64,000 nt of DNA from Candidatus Pacebacteria bacterium CG2_30_36_39 (GCA_001873435.1 MNZB01000004.1:78030-142029); one strand, 5' to 3'. Positions 9,937 through 20,060 are shown, counted from the first letter of the stretch. Translations and numbers: made by a program. The notes: a model not told the origin generated them from the sequence alone.

Positions 9937-10653
9937 ATGACTCAGCCCACCAAACAACTTGTTTTGCTCCATGGCTGGACACCAGATAAACAAGTAATTG
10001 ACCGACTCAATCCGTTTAAAAAACAATTAACTGAAGCTGGCTTTGTGGTTCACCTTTGGAAAATTCCTGGTCTTACTACTGACATTGATCATAGCTATAC
10101 CATTGAAAAATATCTTGAGTGGTTAACTAAAGAAATTACTCCATTAAAAAATATTGTTTTAGTAGGCCATTCCTTTGGTGGCCAGCTCGCTACAGTTCTT
10201 GCTGCAAAAAAACCAGAATTAGTTTCCAAACTCATTCTCATTGATAGTTCTGGTATTCTTGATTTTATTCCAAGCAAAGTATTCAAACGCTGGCTATTTA
10301 AAATACTAGCCAAATTATTCTTTTTCCTTGCTTACGTACCTTTATTTAAAAGAGCAATTTATAAACTAATTAGAGAACGAGATTATATTGAAGCCAATCC
10401 TGCTCAACAAAAAACCATGCGCAACGTACTTAATTATTCTGTCTTACCTCTATTGAACAAAATTACTGTTCCTACTCTAATCATCTGGGGCAAAGATGAC
10501 CTAACCACTCCATTGCGAATAGGTAAGCTTTTTGCCAAGAAAATCCCTAATAACATTTTTAAAGTTTTGCCAGCCAGACATTCACCAGTTTATACTCACC
10601 CTGATTTAGTAGTTAAAGAAATCCTGTCCTTTCTAAAGAAAGAAAGCTTATGA
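9937..10653 (+). CDS. alpha/beta hydrolase
   Basis: LLHGW, GHSFGG nucleophile elbow, IIWGKDD, ARHSP. Confidence 0.9.
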   Translation: MTQPTKQLVLLHGWTPDKQVIDRLNPFKKQLTEAGFVVHLWKIPGLTTDIDHSYTIEKYLEWLTKEITPLKNIVLVGHSFGGQLATVLAAKKPELVSKLILIDSSGILDFIPSKVFKRWLFKILAKLFFFLAYVPLFKRAIYKLIRERDYIEANPAQQKTMRNVLNYSVLPLLNKITVPTLIIWGKDDLTTPLRIGKLFAKKIPNNIFKVLPARHSPVYTHPDLVVKEILSFLKKESL

Positions 10654-12116
10654 GCTTTTTAACTATTTTATTCATCTTAATTACCTTACCTTTTACTCTT
10701 ATTAGACTTGTCCGCTGGTTGGCTTGGATTCAACAAAAAGAATATCGACTAGATAGGTTTTGGAACTTTCTATTATCTCCAGAGGGCATGGCAGAAGTAG
10801 TAAGATTAGCTCCTCAAAAAAATGACTTTACTAGAGTTGGTCTCAAACGACCAGCTATCACCATTCGCTCTACTACTGTTGGTTTTATTTCTCTAATCCT
10901 AATGGGCTATTTATTTTCTTTGGGCATTAGTTTTAAATCCTGGTGGTTGCCATTTTTAATCTATGCTCTAATCCCACTTTTACCAGCTATCAGTGGTTTA
11001 ATAACAGAGATAATTAAATCGTTAATTAGCCTAGTATTACTATTCTTTGCACAAAAAAAACTACAAAAAGATAAACCCAGAATCATTGGCATTACCGGTA
11101 GCTATGGAAAAACTGCAACCAGACATTTATGCAGTAACGTCATTAGCCAAAAATTTACTATCTACACCCCACCGAAATCTCATAACACTCCCCTTAGCAT
11201 TGCCTTAGATTTACTCAAACACTACCATGGAGAAGAAATTTTATTCTTAGAATTTGCAGCATACAAAAAGGGAGAAATTCAAAAGTTAGCTAGTTGGTTT
11301 CCACCAGAAATATCTTTAATCACTGGTCTAACACCGCAACATCTCGCTCTCTTTGGTAGTTTAGAAAAAATTATTGAGGCCAAAGGTGAGTTAGTAAAAA
11401 ATACTCAGCTAACAGGAGTCGTGCTTTGCAATGCCATGGATCCTGGTACAGAAAAAATCTGTAATCAAGATTCTAGTAAGAAAAAAATCAATTATTCACC
11501 AGAAAAAGTAGGTTTAAATAAAGAAAAACTTGATGAAAGAGGCAGATTGAGCGTGCAATGGCAAGATCAAGTTTTAAAAACTAATTTAATTGGCCTACAC
11601 CATACTGAAACCATTGCTGCAGCGATAGTGTTGGGGCAAACTCTAGAAATTCCTCCAGAAAAAATAGCACTAGGAATAACTTCATTTGTACCAGAAGAAG
11701 TATTTACTCAGTCATATTTCCATCCCACTAGCAAAGCTCTCATTATTAATGATGGTAAAACTACCAATCCCAAAGGCTTTCGCTCTGCTCTAAACCTACT
11801 TAATCACTTTAAAAAACAAGGTAAAAACACTATTTTAATTACTGGTGGCATTATTGATTTGGGAGATGAATCAGAAAGTATTCACTTAGATTTGGCTAGA
11901 GCAGCCAAACCAATTGTTGATTTTGTTTTTTACACCGGCTCTGATGGCAAAGCTGCTTTTAAAGAAGTTTTTGCCCAAAACATGGTTGACCAGTCAACCA
12001 TCTTTGCTAAATTACTGCCAAAATTCAACCAAGATGATGTAATTCTAATTGAGGGGTATGTACCATTAAATTTAGCTAAATTACTACAAAGAAATCAGGA
12101 TAAACAAAGTGATTAA
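10650..12116 (+). CDS. murF: MurF-like Mur ligase with N-terminal TM helices
   Basis: IIGITGSYGKT P-loop, SHNTPL, EFAAYKKGEI, PQHLALFGS, TGGIIDLG; substrate not verifiable. Confidence 0.7.
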   Translation: MSFLTILFILITLPFTLIRLVRWLAWIQQKEYRLDRFWNFLLSPEGMAEVVRLAPQKNDFTRVGLKRPAITIRSTTVGFISLILMGYLFSLGISFKSWWLPFLIYALIPLLPAISGLITEIIKSLISLVLLFFAQKKLQKDKPRIIGITGSYGKTATRHLCSNVISQKFTIYTPPKSHNTPLSIALDLLKHYHGEEILFLEFAAYKKGEIQKLASWFPPEISLITGLTPQHLALFGSLEKIIEAKGELVKNTQLTGVVLCNAMDPGTEKICNQDSSKKKINYSPEKVGLNKEKLDERGRLSVQWQDQVLKTNLIGLHHTETIAAAIVLGQTLEIPPEKIALGITSFVPEEVFTQSYFHPTSKALIINDGKTTNPKGFRSALNLLNHFKKQGKNTILITGGIIDLGDESESIHLDLARAAKPIVDFVFYTGSDGKAAFKEVFAQNMVDQSTIFAKLLPKFNQDDVILIEGYVPLNLAKLLQRNQDKQSD

Positions 12117-13329
12117 CGCTAGTTTGGGAGCCCATTATTCCAATAGTTTCGTGTGGCTTAGCTTTAATTTATGGCTAAAAAATATTTTGCATTTACCTAT
12201 TAAAGATTCAAGAAAAGATTTAAGCAATCAATTACAAGAAATGTTTTCTGGCCAAACAATCCTAACCTACAAAGGCAGAGATGCTATTGAACTAGCTTTG
12301 CAAGGTTACAACATTAATAAGGCAACAGACGCTGTTCTCACCCAAGCCTTTACTTGCTCAGCCATTGAAGAAGGTATTAGAAGAGCTGGAGCTACAACAG
12401 TTTATGTTGACATTGGCAAAGGACAACTTAATTTATCAGTTGAGACTTTAGCTGAGAGTTATAAAAATCTTTCAAAAAAAATAAGTCCCAAAGCAGTTTT
12501 AGTTCAACATAGTTTGGGTCATCCAGCGGAAATAGATAAAATTGCTCAATGGTGTAAAGAAAAAAATCTTTTGCTCATCGAAGATCTTGCTCAGGCTTTT
12601 GGTGGCAAAAACAATGATCAATTTTTGGGTGCCAAAGCAGATGTGGTTATTCTGTCCTTTGGTAGAGATAAAGTTATTGATGCTGTTGGTGGTGGAGCCG
12701 TTGTTTTTAAGAAAAAACCAATAAAAACAGATTTTTCTTTAACAGAACCAGAACAAAAAATTATCAATAAAGACCTACTTTACCCTCTATTCACCTGGTT
12801 CATTAGACTTACTTTTCCAATTTTAATTGGTAGGTTATTACACTTATTTTTAAAGAAGATTAATTGGCTTAGTTCCCCTGTTTTTGCTCAAACAAAACAA
12901 GCCCATCAAATGCCAAAGGCTTTTGCTCCACTGGTGGTTGAGCAATTAAAAAACTATCAGCAAACCTTAGAGCATCGTCGTTCAATTGCTAGTTATTACT
13001 TAACTGCTTTTACTAAGGAAAATATTCCCTGTCTTACTAAGAATTCTAATTTAGAAAATGGTTCTTTGCTTAGAATAGCTTTGAAAATGAAAAATCCATT
13101 ATTTTTAATTGACAACTGGAAAAAAGAAGGCATTCATCTCTCCGACCGTTGGTATCGACAAGCAGTTGATTGCGGTAGTAAAGAATGTAATACCAACTAT
13201 ATAGTTGGATCATGTCCTAATGCTGAATATATGAGCCAACATATTATTAATTTGCCTACTCATCAAAAGATTTCGCTTAAAGATGCAATTAAAATAGTCA
13301 GAGTATTAAAAAAACAGTATAGTAGTTAA
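12109..13329 (+). CDS. DegT/DnrJ/EryC1/StrS family PLP-dependent enzyme
   Basis: GRDAI, QAFTC, VQHSLG, IEDLAQAFG, SFGRDK (PLP lysine), CPNAE...NLPTH. Confidence 0.85.
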   Translation: MINASLGAHYSNSFVWLSFNLWLKNILHLPIKDSRKDLSNQLQEMFSGQTILTYKGRDAIELALQGYNINKATDAVLTQAFTCSAIEEGIRRAGATTVYVDIGKGQLNLSVETLAESYKNLSKKISPKAVLVQHSLGHPAEIDKIAQWCKEKNLLLIEDLAQAFGGKNNDQFLGAKADVVILSFGRDKVIDAVGGGAVVFKKKPIKTDFSLTEPEQKIINKDLLYPLFTWFIRLTFPILIGRLLHLFLKKINWLSSPVFAQTKQAHQMPKAFAPLVVEQLKNYQQTLEHRRSIASYYLTAFTKENIPCLTKNSNLENGSLLRIALKMKNPLFLIDNWKKEGIHLSDRWYRQAVDCGSKECNTNYIVGSCPNAEYMSQHIINLPTHQKISLKDAIKIVRVLKKQYSS

Positions 13330-13332
13330 ATT

Positions 13333-14364
13333 ATGAATCTTAGTTTTCAATCAATCGTTGATGAACAAACCTGGAAACAGGCTTTGGCAGATTTTCCAGA
13401 AGCCAATTTTCTTCAATCATGGGAATGGGGTGTTTTTCAAGAAAAACTTAATAAAAAAATTTGGCGCTATGGCTGTTATGAACAGAAGCAACAAACTACT
13501 GTGGGTATCTTTCAAATAGTTAAAGAAACTGCAAAAAGAGGAAATTATCTAACTATTGCTGGTGGTCCATTATTGGATTGGGATAAAAACCAACAACAAC
13601 AATTAGCTGATATCTTTGCCTTTATAAAGAAATTAGCCAAAGAAGAAGATTGTTCTTTTGTTAGATTTAGACCACAAGCCATAGAGACACCACAATTAAA
13701 ATCTAGGTTGAGTCACTTGAATATTAGACCAGCTCCTATGCATTTAACTGCAGATTTAACTTTACAACTGGATCTCACCAAAGACTTGGATACGTTATTA
13801 AAAGAAATGCGAAAAAATACTCGCTATGAAATTAAACAGAGTGAAAAAAAAGGTATTGTTGTTAAACAAACCAAAGACACTCAGGCTATTACTGAGTTTT
13901 ATGAGCAACAGGTTGAGCTAGCAAAAAAACATCATTTTGTGCCTTTTGGCTATGATTTTTTGATTAAACAATTTCAAGTGTTTGCTGATAAAAACCAGGC
14001 TATTTTGTTTTCTAGTTATCTTAATGAAAAACTCTTGGCCTCTGCCTTTATTATCTTCAATCATCAAGAAGCTGTTTATCATTATGGTATTTCTACTCCA
14101 GAAAACGATCACTTGCCTGGTTCATATGCTTGCCAATGGGCAGCAATTCAAGAAGCTAAGCTCAGAGATTGCAAAAGATATAATTTTTGGGGCATAGCAC
14201 CAAAGGATGAGACTAATCATCGTTTTGCTGGTGTCTCACTTTTTAAACGAGGTTTTGGCGGTGAAGAAATTGCCTATTTACCAGCACAGGACCTGCCAGT
14301 TTCTTGGACTTATTGGTTTACTTATGTTTTTGAGGTTCTTAGAAAAAAATTCCGTAAGCTCTAG
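13333..14364 (+). CDS. FemAB/FemX family tRNA-dependent peptidoglycan peptidyltransferase
   Basis: FLQSWEWG, GGPLLDW, MRKNTRYEIK, YNFWGI, GVSLFKRGFGG. Confidence 0.9.
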   Translation: MNLSFQSIVDEQTWKQALADFPEANFLQSWEWGVFQEKLNKKIWRYGCYEQKQQTTVGIFQIVKETAKRGNYLTIAGGPLLDWDKNQQQQLADIFAFIKKLAKEEDCSFVRFRPQAIETPQLKSRLSHLNIRPAPMHLTADLTLQLDLTKDLDTLLKEMRKNTRYEIKQSEKKGIVVKQTKDTQAITEFYEQQVELAKKHHFVPFGYDFLIKQFQVFADKNQAILFSSYLNEKLLASAFIIFNHQEAVYHYGISTPENDHLPGSYACQWAAIQEAKLRDCKRYNFWGIAPKDETNHRFAGVSLFKRGFGGEEIAYLPAQDLPVSWTYWFTYVFEVLRKKFRKL

Positions 14365-15380
14365 TTTTTTAATAGTTCTGAATAATAGTTTAAATAGACG
14401 TTGCTAATGTTTTCCCAAGTTTGGGTTTTGGCAAATAATAAAGATTTGCTAATGTTGGTTTGTAGTTGTTTGGGATTATTTTCTAAAAATTGAATTTTTT
14501 TTGTTACTTCCAAATCATTTTTTACCAATGAAATTAAATGTCCAAGTGGCGACATTAAAAAATAGTCTTTTTTTAATGAATTGCCATAAACAGCAATTAC
14601 TGCACATTGATAAGCAAAAGCTTCCAAAATTGATAAATAGCCACCGGCAAATACTATTTTAGCTTTTTTTAATAAATGTTCTGGATTGCTAAATCCAACT
14701 ACTTCACCAACTTGTTCAGCTTGTTCTCGCAAAACTCCATCACCACAAAAAACTACTTTACCATCCCAAGTGTTGTTCTTTAATGCTTGCAATAACATCG
14801 GTAGGCCAGTATCAAATTCAAGTCTACCAACATAAAGGAGTAAATCAGTTTTTTTGGGTAATACCTTTGGAATATGAACACCTCCATAGAGAATTTTGTC
14901 TGCTTTAAAATGATAGTATTTTTCCAAATAACTACCTATGGCAATGGTTTTATTTGCCAATCTCACACCCAACTGTCTCCATAAGATATTTTTTTGAGGT
15001 AAAGGAAATTTTCCTTCCCAACCATGGAAAGTAACAACTACTGGCTTGCGCCAAAACATTAGTTTGAATGGCAGATACCAAATGAAAACATCGTGAACGT
15101 GAATTATGTCAGCTGTTTTAATTAACTTGAAATAGTTATGGAGGATTTGCCACCAAATTAATAGCAATCCTAAATATTTAATTTTGGGATATGAAAAGCG
15201 GAAAACTTGAATTTTTTTATCTGCTACTAAAGCTATTTTTTTTGCTTGTGGTTTTTGTTCGGTTAGTATTGAAACTTGCCAACCAGCTTTTTTGATTAGG
15301 TTGGAAGTTTCCCAAACATGACGTTCTACTCCACCGATTTGTGGGTAAAAGGAAGGCGTGATTACTAATAGTTTTTTCAT
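14361..15380 (-). CDS. GT4 family glycosyltransferase
   Basis: FYPQIGGVERH, IHVHD, TFHG, YVGRL, SILEAFA; start ATG 15380. Confidence 0.88.
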   Translation of the reverse strand: MKKLLVITPSFYPQIGGVERHVWETSNLIKKAGWQVSILTEQKPQAKKIALVADKKIQVFRFSYPKIKYLGLLLIWWQILHNYFKLIKTADIIHVHDVFIWYLPFKLMFWRKPVVVTFHGWEGKFPLPQKNILWRQLGVRLANKTIAIGSYLEKYYHFKADKILYGGVHIPKVLPKKTDLLLYVGRLEFDTGLPMLLQALKNNTWDGKVVFCGDGVLREQAEQVGEVVGFSNPEHLLKKAKIVFAGGYLSILEAFAYQCAVIAVYGNSLKKDYFLMSPLGHLISLVKNDLEVTKKIQFLENNPKQLQTNISKSLLFAKTQTWENISNVYLNYYSELLKN

Positions 15381-15428
15381 AAATAATTTGAGGTAATTTT
15401 CAGATTGCTTATCGGTATAATAACCTAG

Positions 15429-16385
15429 ATGCAAGTAAGTGTGGTTATCACTATTTTAAATGAAGAAGCAAATCTTAATTTATTGTTATCCGCTCTCAAG
15501 CAACAAACTTTCCGTCCTACAGAAATAATTATCGTCGATGGTGGTTCAAGTGACAAGAGTTTGGAAATATTAGCTTCTTGGCAACAACATAATTTTTTCA
15601 AAAAAATCCTAAAGGTTATAACGAAAGAAGGCAATCGTAGTGTTGGAAGAAACATCGCCATTAAACAAGCTAAGTCAGACTGGATTGCTATTACTGATGC
15701 TGGTTGTATTCCAGATAAAAATTGGCTTAAGGAATTGGTTGTTAATCAGGAGAAAAATAAGAGTGAGGTGGTAGCTGGATACTATTATGGAGAAGCAAAT
15801 TCTTCTTTTGAGGCTGCTGTGATTCCCTATGTTTTGGTGATGCCAGATAGGGTTAATTCCAATGATTTTTTGCCGGCTACTCGTTCGATGCTAATAAAGA
15901 AAAGTGTTTGGACTGAGATTGGTGGTTTTGACGAGAGCTTGGCTCATAATGAAGATTATGTTTTTGCCCATAAGTTAAAGGAGTGTGTTGTAAAGATGAG
16001 TTTTGCAAAAAAGGCGTTTGTTGCTTGGATGCCAAGAAAAAATCTTGGGTCTTTTATGAAAATGATCTTTCGCTTTGCTTATGGTGATTTGGAGGCAAAT
16101 ATTCTTAGACCCAAGGTTGTTTTGGTATTAGTTAGATATTTAGTTTTAGTTTTTTATTTGTTGATGTTATTAGCTTTATTTTCTTTTGGCAGTATTTATT
16201 TATTTATTTTTAAAACTGCTTTATTTATTTTAGCCATAAATATATTTATATATTTTTCTTGGTCTATTCAAAAAAATGTTAAATATGTAAAAAGAGGCTG
16301 GTGGTGGTTGCCTATTTTACAGTTGACTGCTGATGTTGCAGTTATCACTGGAACTTTGTCAGGGATGATGAAGAGATCTGAATAA
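15429..16385 (+). CDS. GT2 family glycosyltransferase with C-terminal TMs
   Basis: VSVVITILNE, IVDGGSSD, TDAG, GGFDE, NED. Confidence 0.9.
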   Translation: MQVSVVITILNEEANLNLLLSALKQQTFRPTEIIIVDGGSSDKSLEILASWQQHNFFKKILKVITKEGNRSVGRNIAIKQAKSDWIAITDAGCIPDKNWLKELVVNQEKNKSEVVAGYYYGEANSSFEAAVIPYVLVMPDRVNSNDFLPATRSMLIKKSVWTEIGGFDESLAHNEDYVFAHKLKECVVKMSFAKKAFVAWMPRKNLGSFMKMIFRFAYGDLEANILRPKVVLVLVRYLVLVFYLLMLLALFSFGSIYLFIFKTALFILAINIFIYFSWSIQKNVKYVKRGWWWLPILQLTADVAVITGTLSGMMKRSE

Positions 16386-16938
16386 AATCTTTTACATGTA
16401 AGAAGTCTATTTTTGCGTTTGCAGCAGCCAAGCGATCGTTGTTGCTATCGCCTATTAATAGATATTCTTTAAGATCAGAGTTTGGTGTGTATATTTGTTC
16501 GAATCCTGCCGGGCTTGGTTTTGGTGAGGATACGATGTCGCGAGAGATTATTTTGCTGAAAATGGTTATTAATTTTAATTCTTCTAGGATTGGCTGGATT
16601 GTTTGCCTATCGTTACTTGTCCATAGGTAATAGATGTGTTTGTTTTTTTGTTGCTGTAAAAAATTGATTACTGGGAGGATCGGTTGATGGTTTTTAAAAT
16701 TATTTTTTTCATATTCACGAGATAGTTCAATAAATTTTTGGTTGGCTATATTGCCGTATTTGTTTATCAGGTCTACCTGCATTTGGTAAGAGACCTGTTC
16801 TGAGTGGTAGACACTGGTTGGTTCTAGTTCATGGGCAATTTTAAGATAGCCTTTGCGAATGTCTTTCCAATTTATAATAAGGTCGTCGATGGTGCCATCA
16901 AAATCAAAGATTAAATATTTTTTAAGGTTTAAGTTCAT
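16345..16938 (-). CDS. HAD-IA family phosphatase
   Basis: IFDFDGT, WTSN, KPSP, IGDSNND; start ATG 16938. Confidence 0.88.
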   Translation of the reverse strand: MNLNLKKYLIFDFDGTIDDLIINWKDIRKGYLKIAHELEPTSVYHSEQVSYQMQVDLINKYGNIANQKFIELSREYEKNNFKNHQPILPVINFLQQQKNKHIYYLWTSNDRQTIQPILEELKLITIFSKIISRDIVSSPKPSPAGFEQIYTPNSDLKEYLLIGDSNNDRLAAANAKIDFLHVKDFIQISSSSLTKFQ

Positions 16939-16939
16939 A

Positions 16940-18148
16940 TTAGATGACTGTGGTATTGATACTGTCACTGGCTCCGTGGATGAAGAGAGTATTTTCTCTG
17001 GCAGTGACTTTCATGTTTAATAACTCTCCATTTTCATATTCAAAGTATGGAGTGAATCTTATGTTGCCGTTCATAGTTTTTTCTTCAGAAAAGTTGTCAG
17101 CGGCATATGAGAGTTTTGTTTTTTCGTTCTTATAAAATGGTTGAATTACCCAGTCTTCTTTTTTCTGAAGAATGTCTTGAAATAGTTCTGTGATTTGTTG
17201 TTTTGAGAGTTTATTGAGGAAGACGACGCTTCTAGACCAAGAGGCATCTGGGTGTCCACCAGCTCTTTTGACTACATAGTTTCTTTGGTTTCTGGATAAC
17301 AGCGAGAGTTCTGACCAAGATTTGATGGGCAATGGAAAGGATTGTGGGATTTCGTTGGTTACCATCCAGGTTGGGAGTAAGTAGTTATCTAAAATTTCTT
17401 GGTTTGATAAGGAGATTTTTCTTTTTATTTCTTGATTTTCAAAATAGTCGACTAGGATATATTTTCCTTCAAAATATTTGTTTATCTCCGGCAAAAGAAT
17501 TGGTTTTTTGTTGATGAAATTAATGATTTCTTGATTGGTTTCTTGTTCATAGACATAGAAGGCTCTATAGAATGGTTTGTTAAGGTCTTCATTGGTAATT
17601 TCATTAGCTGATTTGACGGAGAAGTTTCCTCCTTCATCATTTAGTATTTTGCAAAAATATTGGAGCTGGCCAAAGAATTTTTTTGTGTGGTTTGAATAGA
17701 CGAAGGTGCCACTGGTTGAGTTGGTTTTTGTTTGCCAATAGTTAATGAATTTAGATAGAACTTGTTGTTGGCTTTGGCCAAATGTCTGAAACCAAGTTGA
17801 GAATGAGTTTTGTAGGAAGATGCTTAGTGGAAAACCAAATGATTGAGTTTCTACTTCACAGATTTTGAAGCCAGCTGTTGTTAATAATATGTCTGGTCTA
17901 ATAAAGAATGGATCAAAGTTTCCTTGTAATGATGAAACTGCTTTGAATAGTTCTTTTAGTGCTGGACCTAGTTTTTTGATTTCTTGTTTTTGTTCTGTGG
18001 TTAATTCATATGGATTGCCACTGACTAGGAATGGGAGGTTTTTTGTGGTTGGAATTTTTTCTTTGTCGTTGTCAAAGACAGGATAAAAATTGCTGCCTAG
18101 GGCCAAACTATTAATTTCCTGGGCTCTTTCTAAAAAGGTTTGTTTCAC
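16940..18148 (-). CDS. ATP-grasp-like ligase (glutathione synthetase / circularly permuted ATP-grasp type)
   Basis: IRPDILL...ICEVE metal-binding pattern, YVVKRAG...WSRSV loop, WVIQPF; GTG start. Confidence 0.6.
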   Translation of the reverse strand: MKQTFLERAQEINSLALGSNFYPVFDNDKEKIPTTKNLPFLVSGNPYELTTEQKQEIKKLGPALKELFKAVSSLQGNFDPFFIRPDILLTTAGFKICEVETQSFGFPLSIFLQNSFSTWFQTFGQSQQQVLSKFINYWQTKTNSTSGTFVYSNHTKKFFGQLQYFCKILNDEGGNFSVKSANEITNEDLNKPFYRAFYVYEQETNQEIINFINKKPILLPEINKYFEGKYILVDYFENQEIKRKISLSNQEILDNYLLPTWMVTNEIPQSFPLPIKSWSELSLLSRNQRNYVVKRAGGHPDASWSRSVVFLNKLSKQQITELFQDILQKKEDWVIQPFYKNEKTKLSYAADNFSEEKTMNGNIRFTPYFEYENGELLNMKVTARENTLFIHGASDSINTTVI

Positions 18149-18157
18149 AAGAGTATT

Positions 18158-18700
18158 TTAACCCCTATCTTTTGTTTTTCCTGTTTCAATGTCATAGCAA
18201 CGAGGGATTATGCCGATGGGAAAGTTGTATTTTTCAACTACTGAACAATAGATGACGCCTACGCCATTATGGACTAGTTCCCATTTGCCGTCTGTTTTGG
18301 CTGCAAAGTAGATACCTCCTTTTTCAGATTCTCCTACGTTTACATAGCCCGTCATGAATTCTGGAGTACTTTCTCCTTCTGCGGTGATTTGGACTTCTTC
18401 TTCATCCATAGAGAAGCTTTCAGCGAGTTTTTTTTTAACGTCTTTTAGGTCTTGGTCTGTTAGTCCAGCTCTTCTGGCTTGTTCTGTTAGTCCTGGTTCA
18501 AAGACGTCTTTGGTTTCTGGGACTCCTAGTTGGGTTTCTGCTTTTTCTTTGGTTATATTGTCATATAGTCTGGAGTTGTCTATTTTGCTGTTGCCGAAAA
18601 GGTCTGTCTTAGGAACGTCTTTGTCTGGTGCTGGTGGTTGGCAAGCAGATAGGAGATATGCCGAGGAGATGAGGAATGTTAGGACAAATATTTTTTTCAT
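18158..18700 (-). CDS. putative lipoprotein
   Basis: MKKIF + hydrophobic stretch + lipobox LSAC; start ATG 18700, since the longer ORF overlaps the tRNA. Confidence 0.8.
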   Translation of the reverse strand: MKKIFVLTFLISSAYLLSACQPPAPDKDVPKTDLFGNSKIDNSRLYDNITKEKAETQLGVPETKDVFEPGLTEQARRAGLTDQDLKDVKKKLAESFSMDEEEVQITAEGESTPEFMTGYVNVGESEKGGIYFAAKTDGKWELVHNGVGVIYCSVVEKYNFPIGIIPRCYDIETGKTKDRG

Positions 18701-18789
18701 AACGTGGTGTTTAGTGTAGCGAGTTAACCTTAAACTCTCAAGCTGAGATATGGAATAATTGCTGATATAATCCAGGTTTGTATTGTATT

Positions 18790-18874
18790 GGAGGCGTCGC
18801 ATAGTGGCCAATTGCACAGGTTTGCTAAATCTGACCGGTTCTCCGGTTCGTGGGTTCGAATCCCACCGCCTCCG
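18790..18874 (+). tRNA. tRNA-Ser(GCT)
   Basis: acceptor GGAGGCG/CGCCTCC, G73, anticodon arm CAGGT-TT-GCT-AA-ATCTG, long variable arm, GGTTCGAATCC; CCA not encoded. Confidence 0.95.
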
Positions 18875-18962
18875 CACACACCATATTTTCTTTTTTCTAT
18901 TTCTAGACTAATCAATACATTGCTACTATTAAACTACTTCAATTAGTTGTAGTATGTGAAGT

Positions 18963-19133
18963 ATGTCAAATACACAGAAAAAGAGACTTACCCTGTTTCT
19001 TAATCCGGCACTGATTAAACATGCAAGGGCTCAGGCTGTAATTGAAGATTTAACTGTTACCCAACTAATAGAAAATGCTCTAATTAAATATTTACCAAAA
19101 GAAACAATCATTAAAAAGATTAAATTAGACTAG
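18963..19133 (+). CDS. ribbon-helix-helix (CopG/Arc-like) small DNA-binding protein
   Basis: 56-aa ORF below the track cutoff: MSNTQKKRLTLFLNPALIKHARAQAVIEDLTVTQLIENALIKYL..., a beta strand followed by two helices. Confidence 0.65.
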   Translation: MSNTQKKRLTLFLNPALIKHARAQAVIEDLTVTQLIENALIKYLPKETIIKKIKLD

Positions 19134-19189
19134 GTTCATTACAAAGCTGGCAACTTATTAAGGCAATAATCAATAAAGATACAAAAATA

Positions 19190-19639
19190 ATAGAAACTCA
19201 AATTATAGAAAAACAAATACAAGACAGTATCATTGTTGACAATTTAGTTTCAAAATCAAATCGAATCTTAGTAAGCATTTCTTCACACGCCTTTCCAGTC
19301 GATTTCTTTCCAAATACACTCGTGATTGAAGAGGAAAGAATTACTGTTATTACCAGAAATTTTCTGAGTTCAGAAATTTATAGTGTAGATATTAGGAACA
19401 TCGCCAATGTCCTGATTAATACAACGTTCTTCTTCTCTCAACTAGTTATTATCTCGAAGACATTCGAGGAAAATGAAATAAAAATTAAAAATTTAAGAAC
19501 AAGTGAAGCTATTTTTGCAAGAAGAATTATTGAAGGATTGAGAACCCTTAAAAATGAAAAAATAAATACTTCTGCATATTCAACTGATGAATTGATTTCT
19601 ACTCTTAAAGAATTAAGTACGACAAAAATTATAATATAA
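19190..19639 (+). CDS. bacterial PH-like domain protein, start uncertain
   Basis: frame open from 19124; FPVDFFPNTLVIEEERITV lies upstream of and across the first GTG (19322); no ATG. Confidence 0.55.
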   Translation: METQIIEKQIQDSIIVDNLVSKSNRILVSISSHAFPVDFFPNTLVIEEERITVITRNFLSSEIYSVDIRNIANVLINTTFFFSQLVIISKTFEENEIKIKNLRTSEAIFARRIIEGLRTLKNEKINTSAYSTDELISTLKELSTTKIII

Positions 19640-19652
19640 AAAAAGGAAAAAA

Positions 19653-20060
19653 ATGCCGATATCAACTAAAGAAACAGTGATAACAAGAGAACGCGATAAT
19701 GAGCCAATCACTCAAACATCAGCTACAAGTATTACCCAAGTTAAAACTACGCAGAGCCAGTACATTGAACAAATACTCTATTTTTTCTTAGGAGTTTTAG
19801 AGGTATTGCTTGTTTTTAGGTTTATTCTAAAACTAATGGGAGCAAGCCAAGCAAGTAGTTTTGTTCAGTTTATCTATGGAACAAGTAAAATATTTATCTT
19901 CCCATTTGAAGGTATTTTTCGCAGAGCCGTGACTCAAGGAATAGAAGTAAGTGCTGTAATAGAACCAGCAAATATGGTTGCAATCATTGTCTATGCAGTC
20001 CTCGTATGGGGAATAGTTTCATTTATCAAAGTGCTTTCGGGCAAAGCACAATCAGAATAG
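19653..20060 (+). CDS. YggT-like membrane protein
   Basis: LEVLLVFRFILKLMGA...FVQFIY...PFEGIF; RBS AAGGA. Confidence 0.75.
   Translation: MPISTKETVITRERDNEPITQTSATSITQVKTTQSQYIEQILYFFLGVLEVLLVFRFILKLMGASQASSFVQFIYGTSKIFIFPFEGIFRRAVTQGIEVSAVIEPANMVAIIVYAVLVWGIVSFIKVLSGKAQSE

Noticed and set aside
18701-18915. N-terminal extension of the 18158 ORF, and ORF 18730-18915
   Set aside because: These are antisense readings of tRNA-Ser(GCT); the lipoprotein signal starts at 18700.
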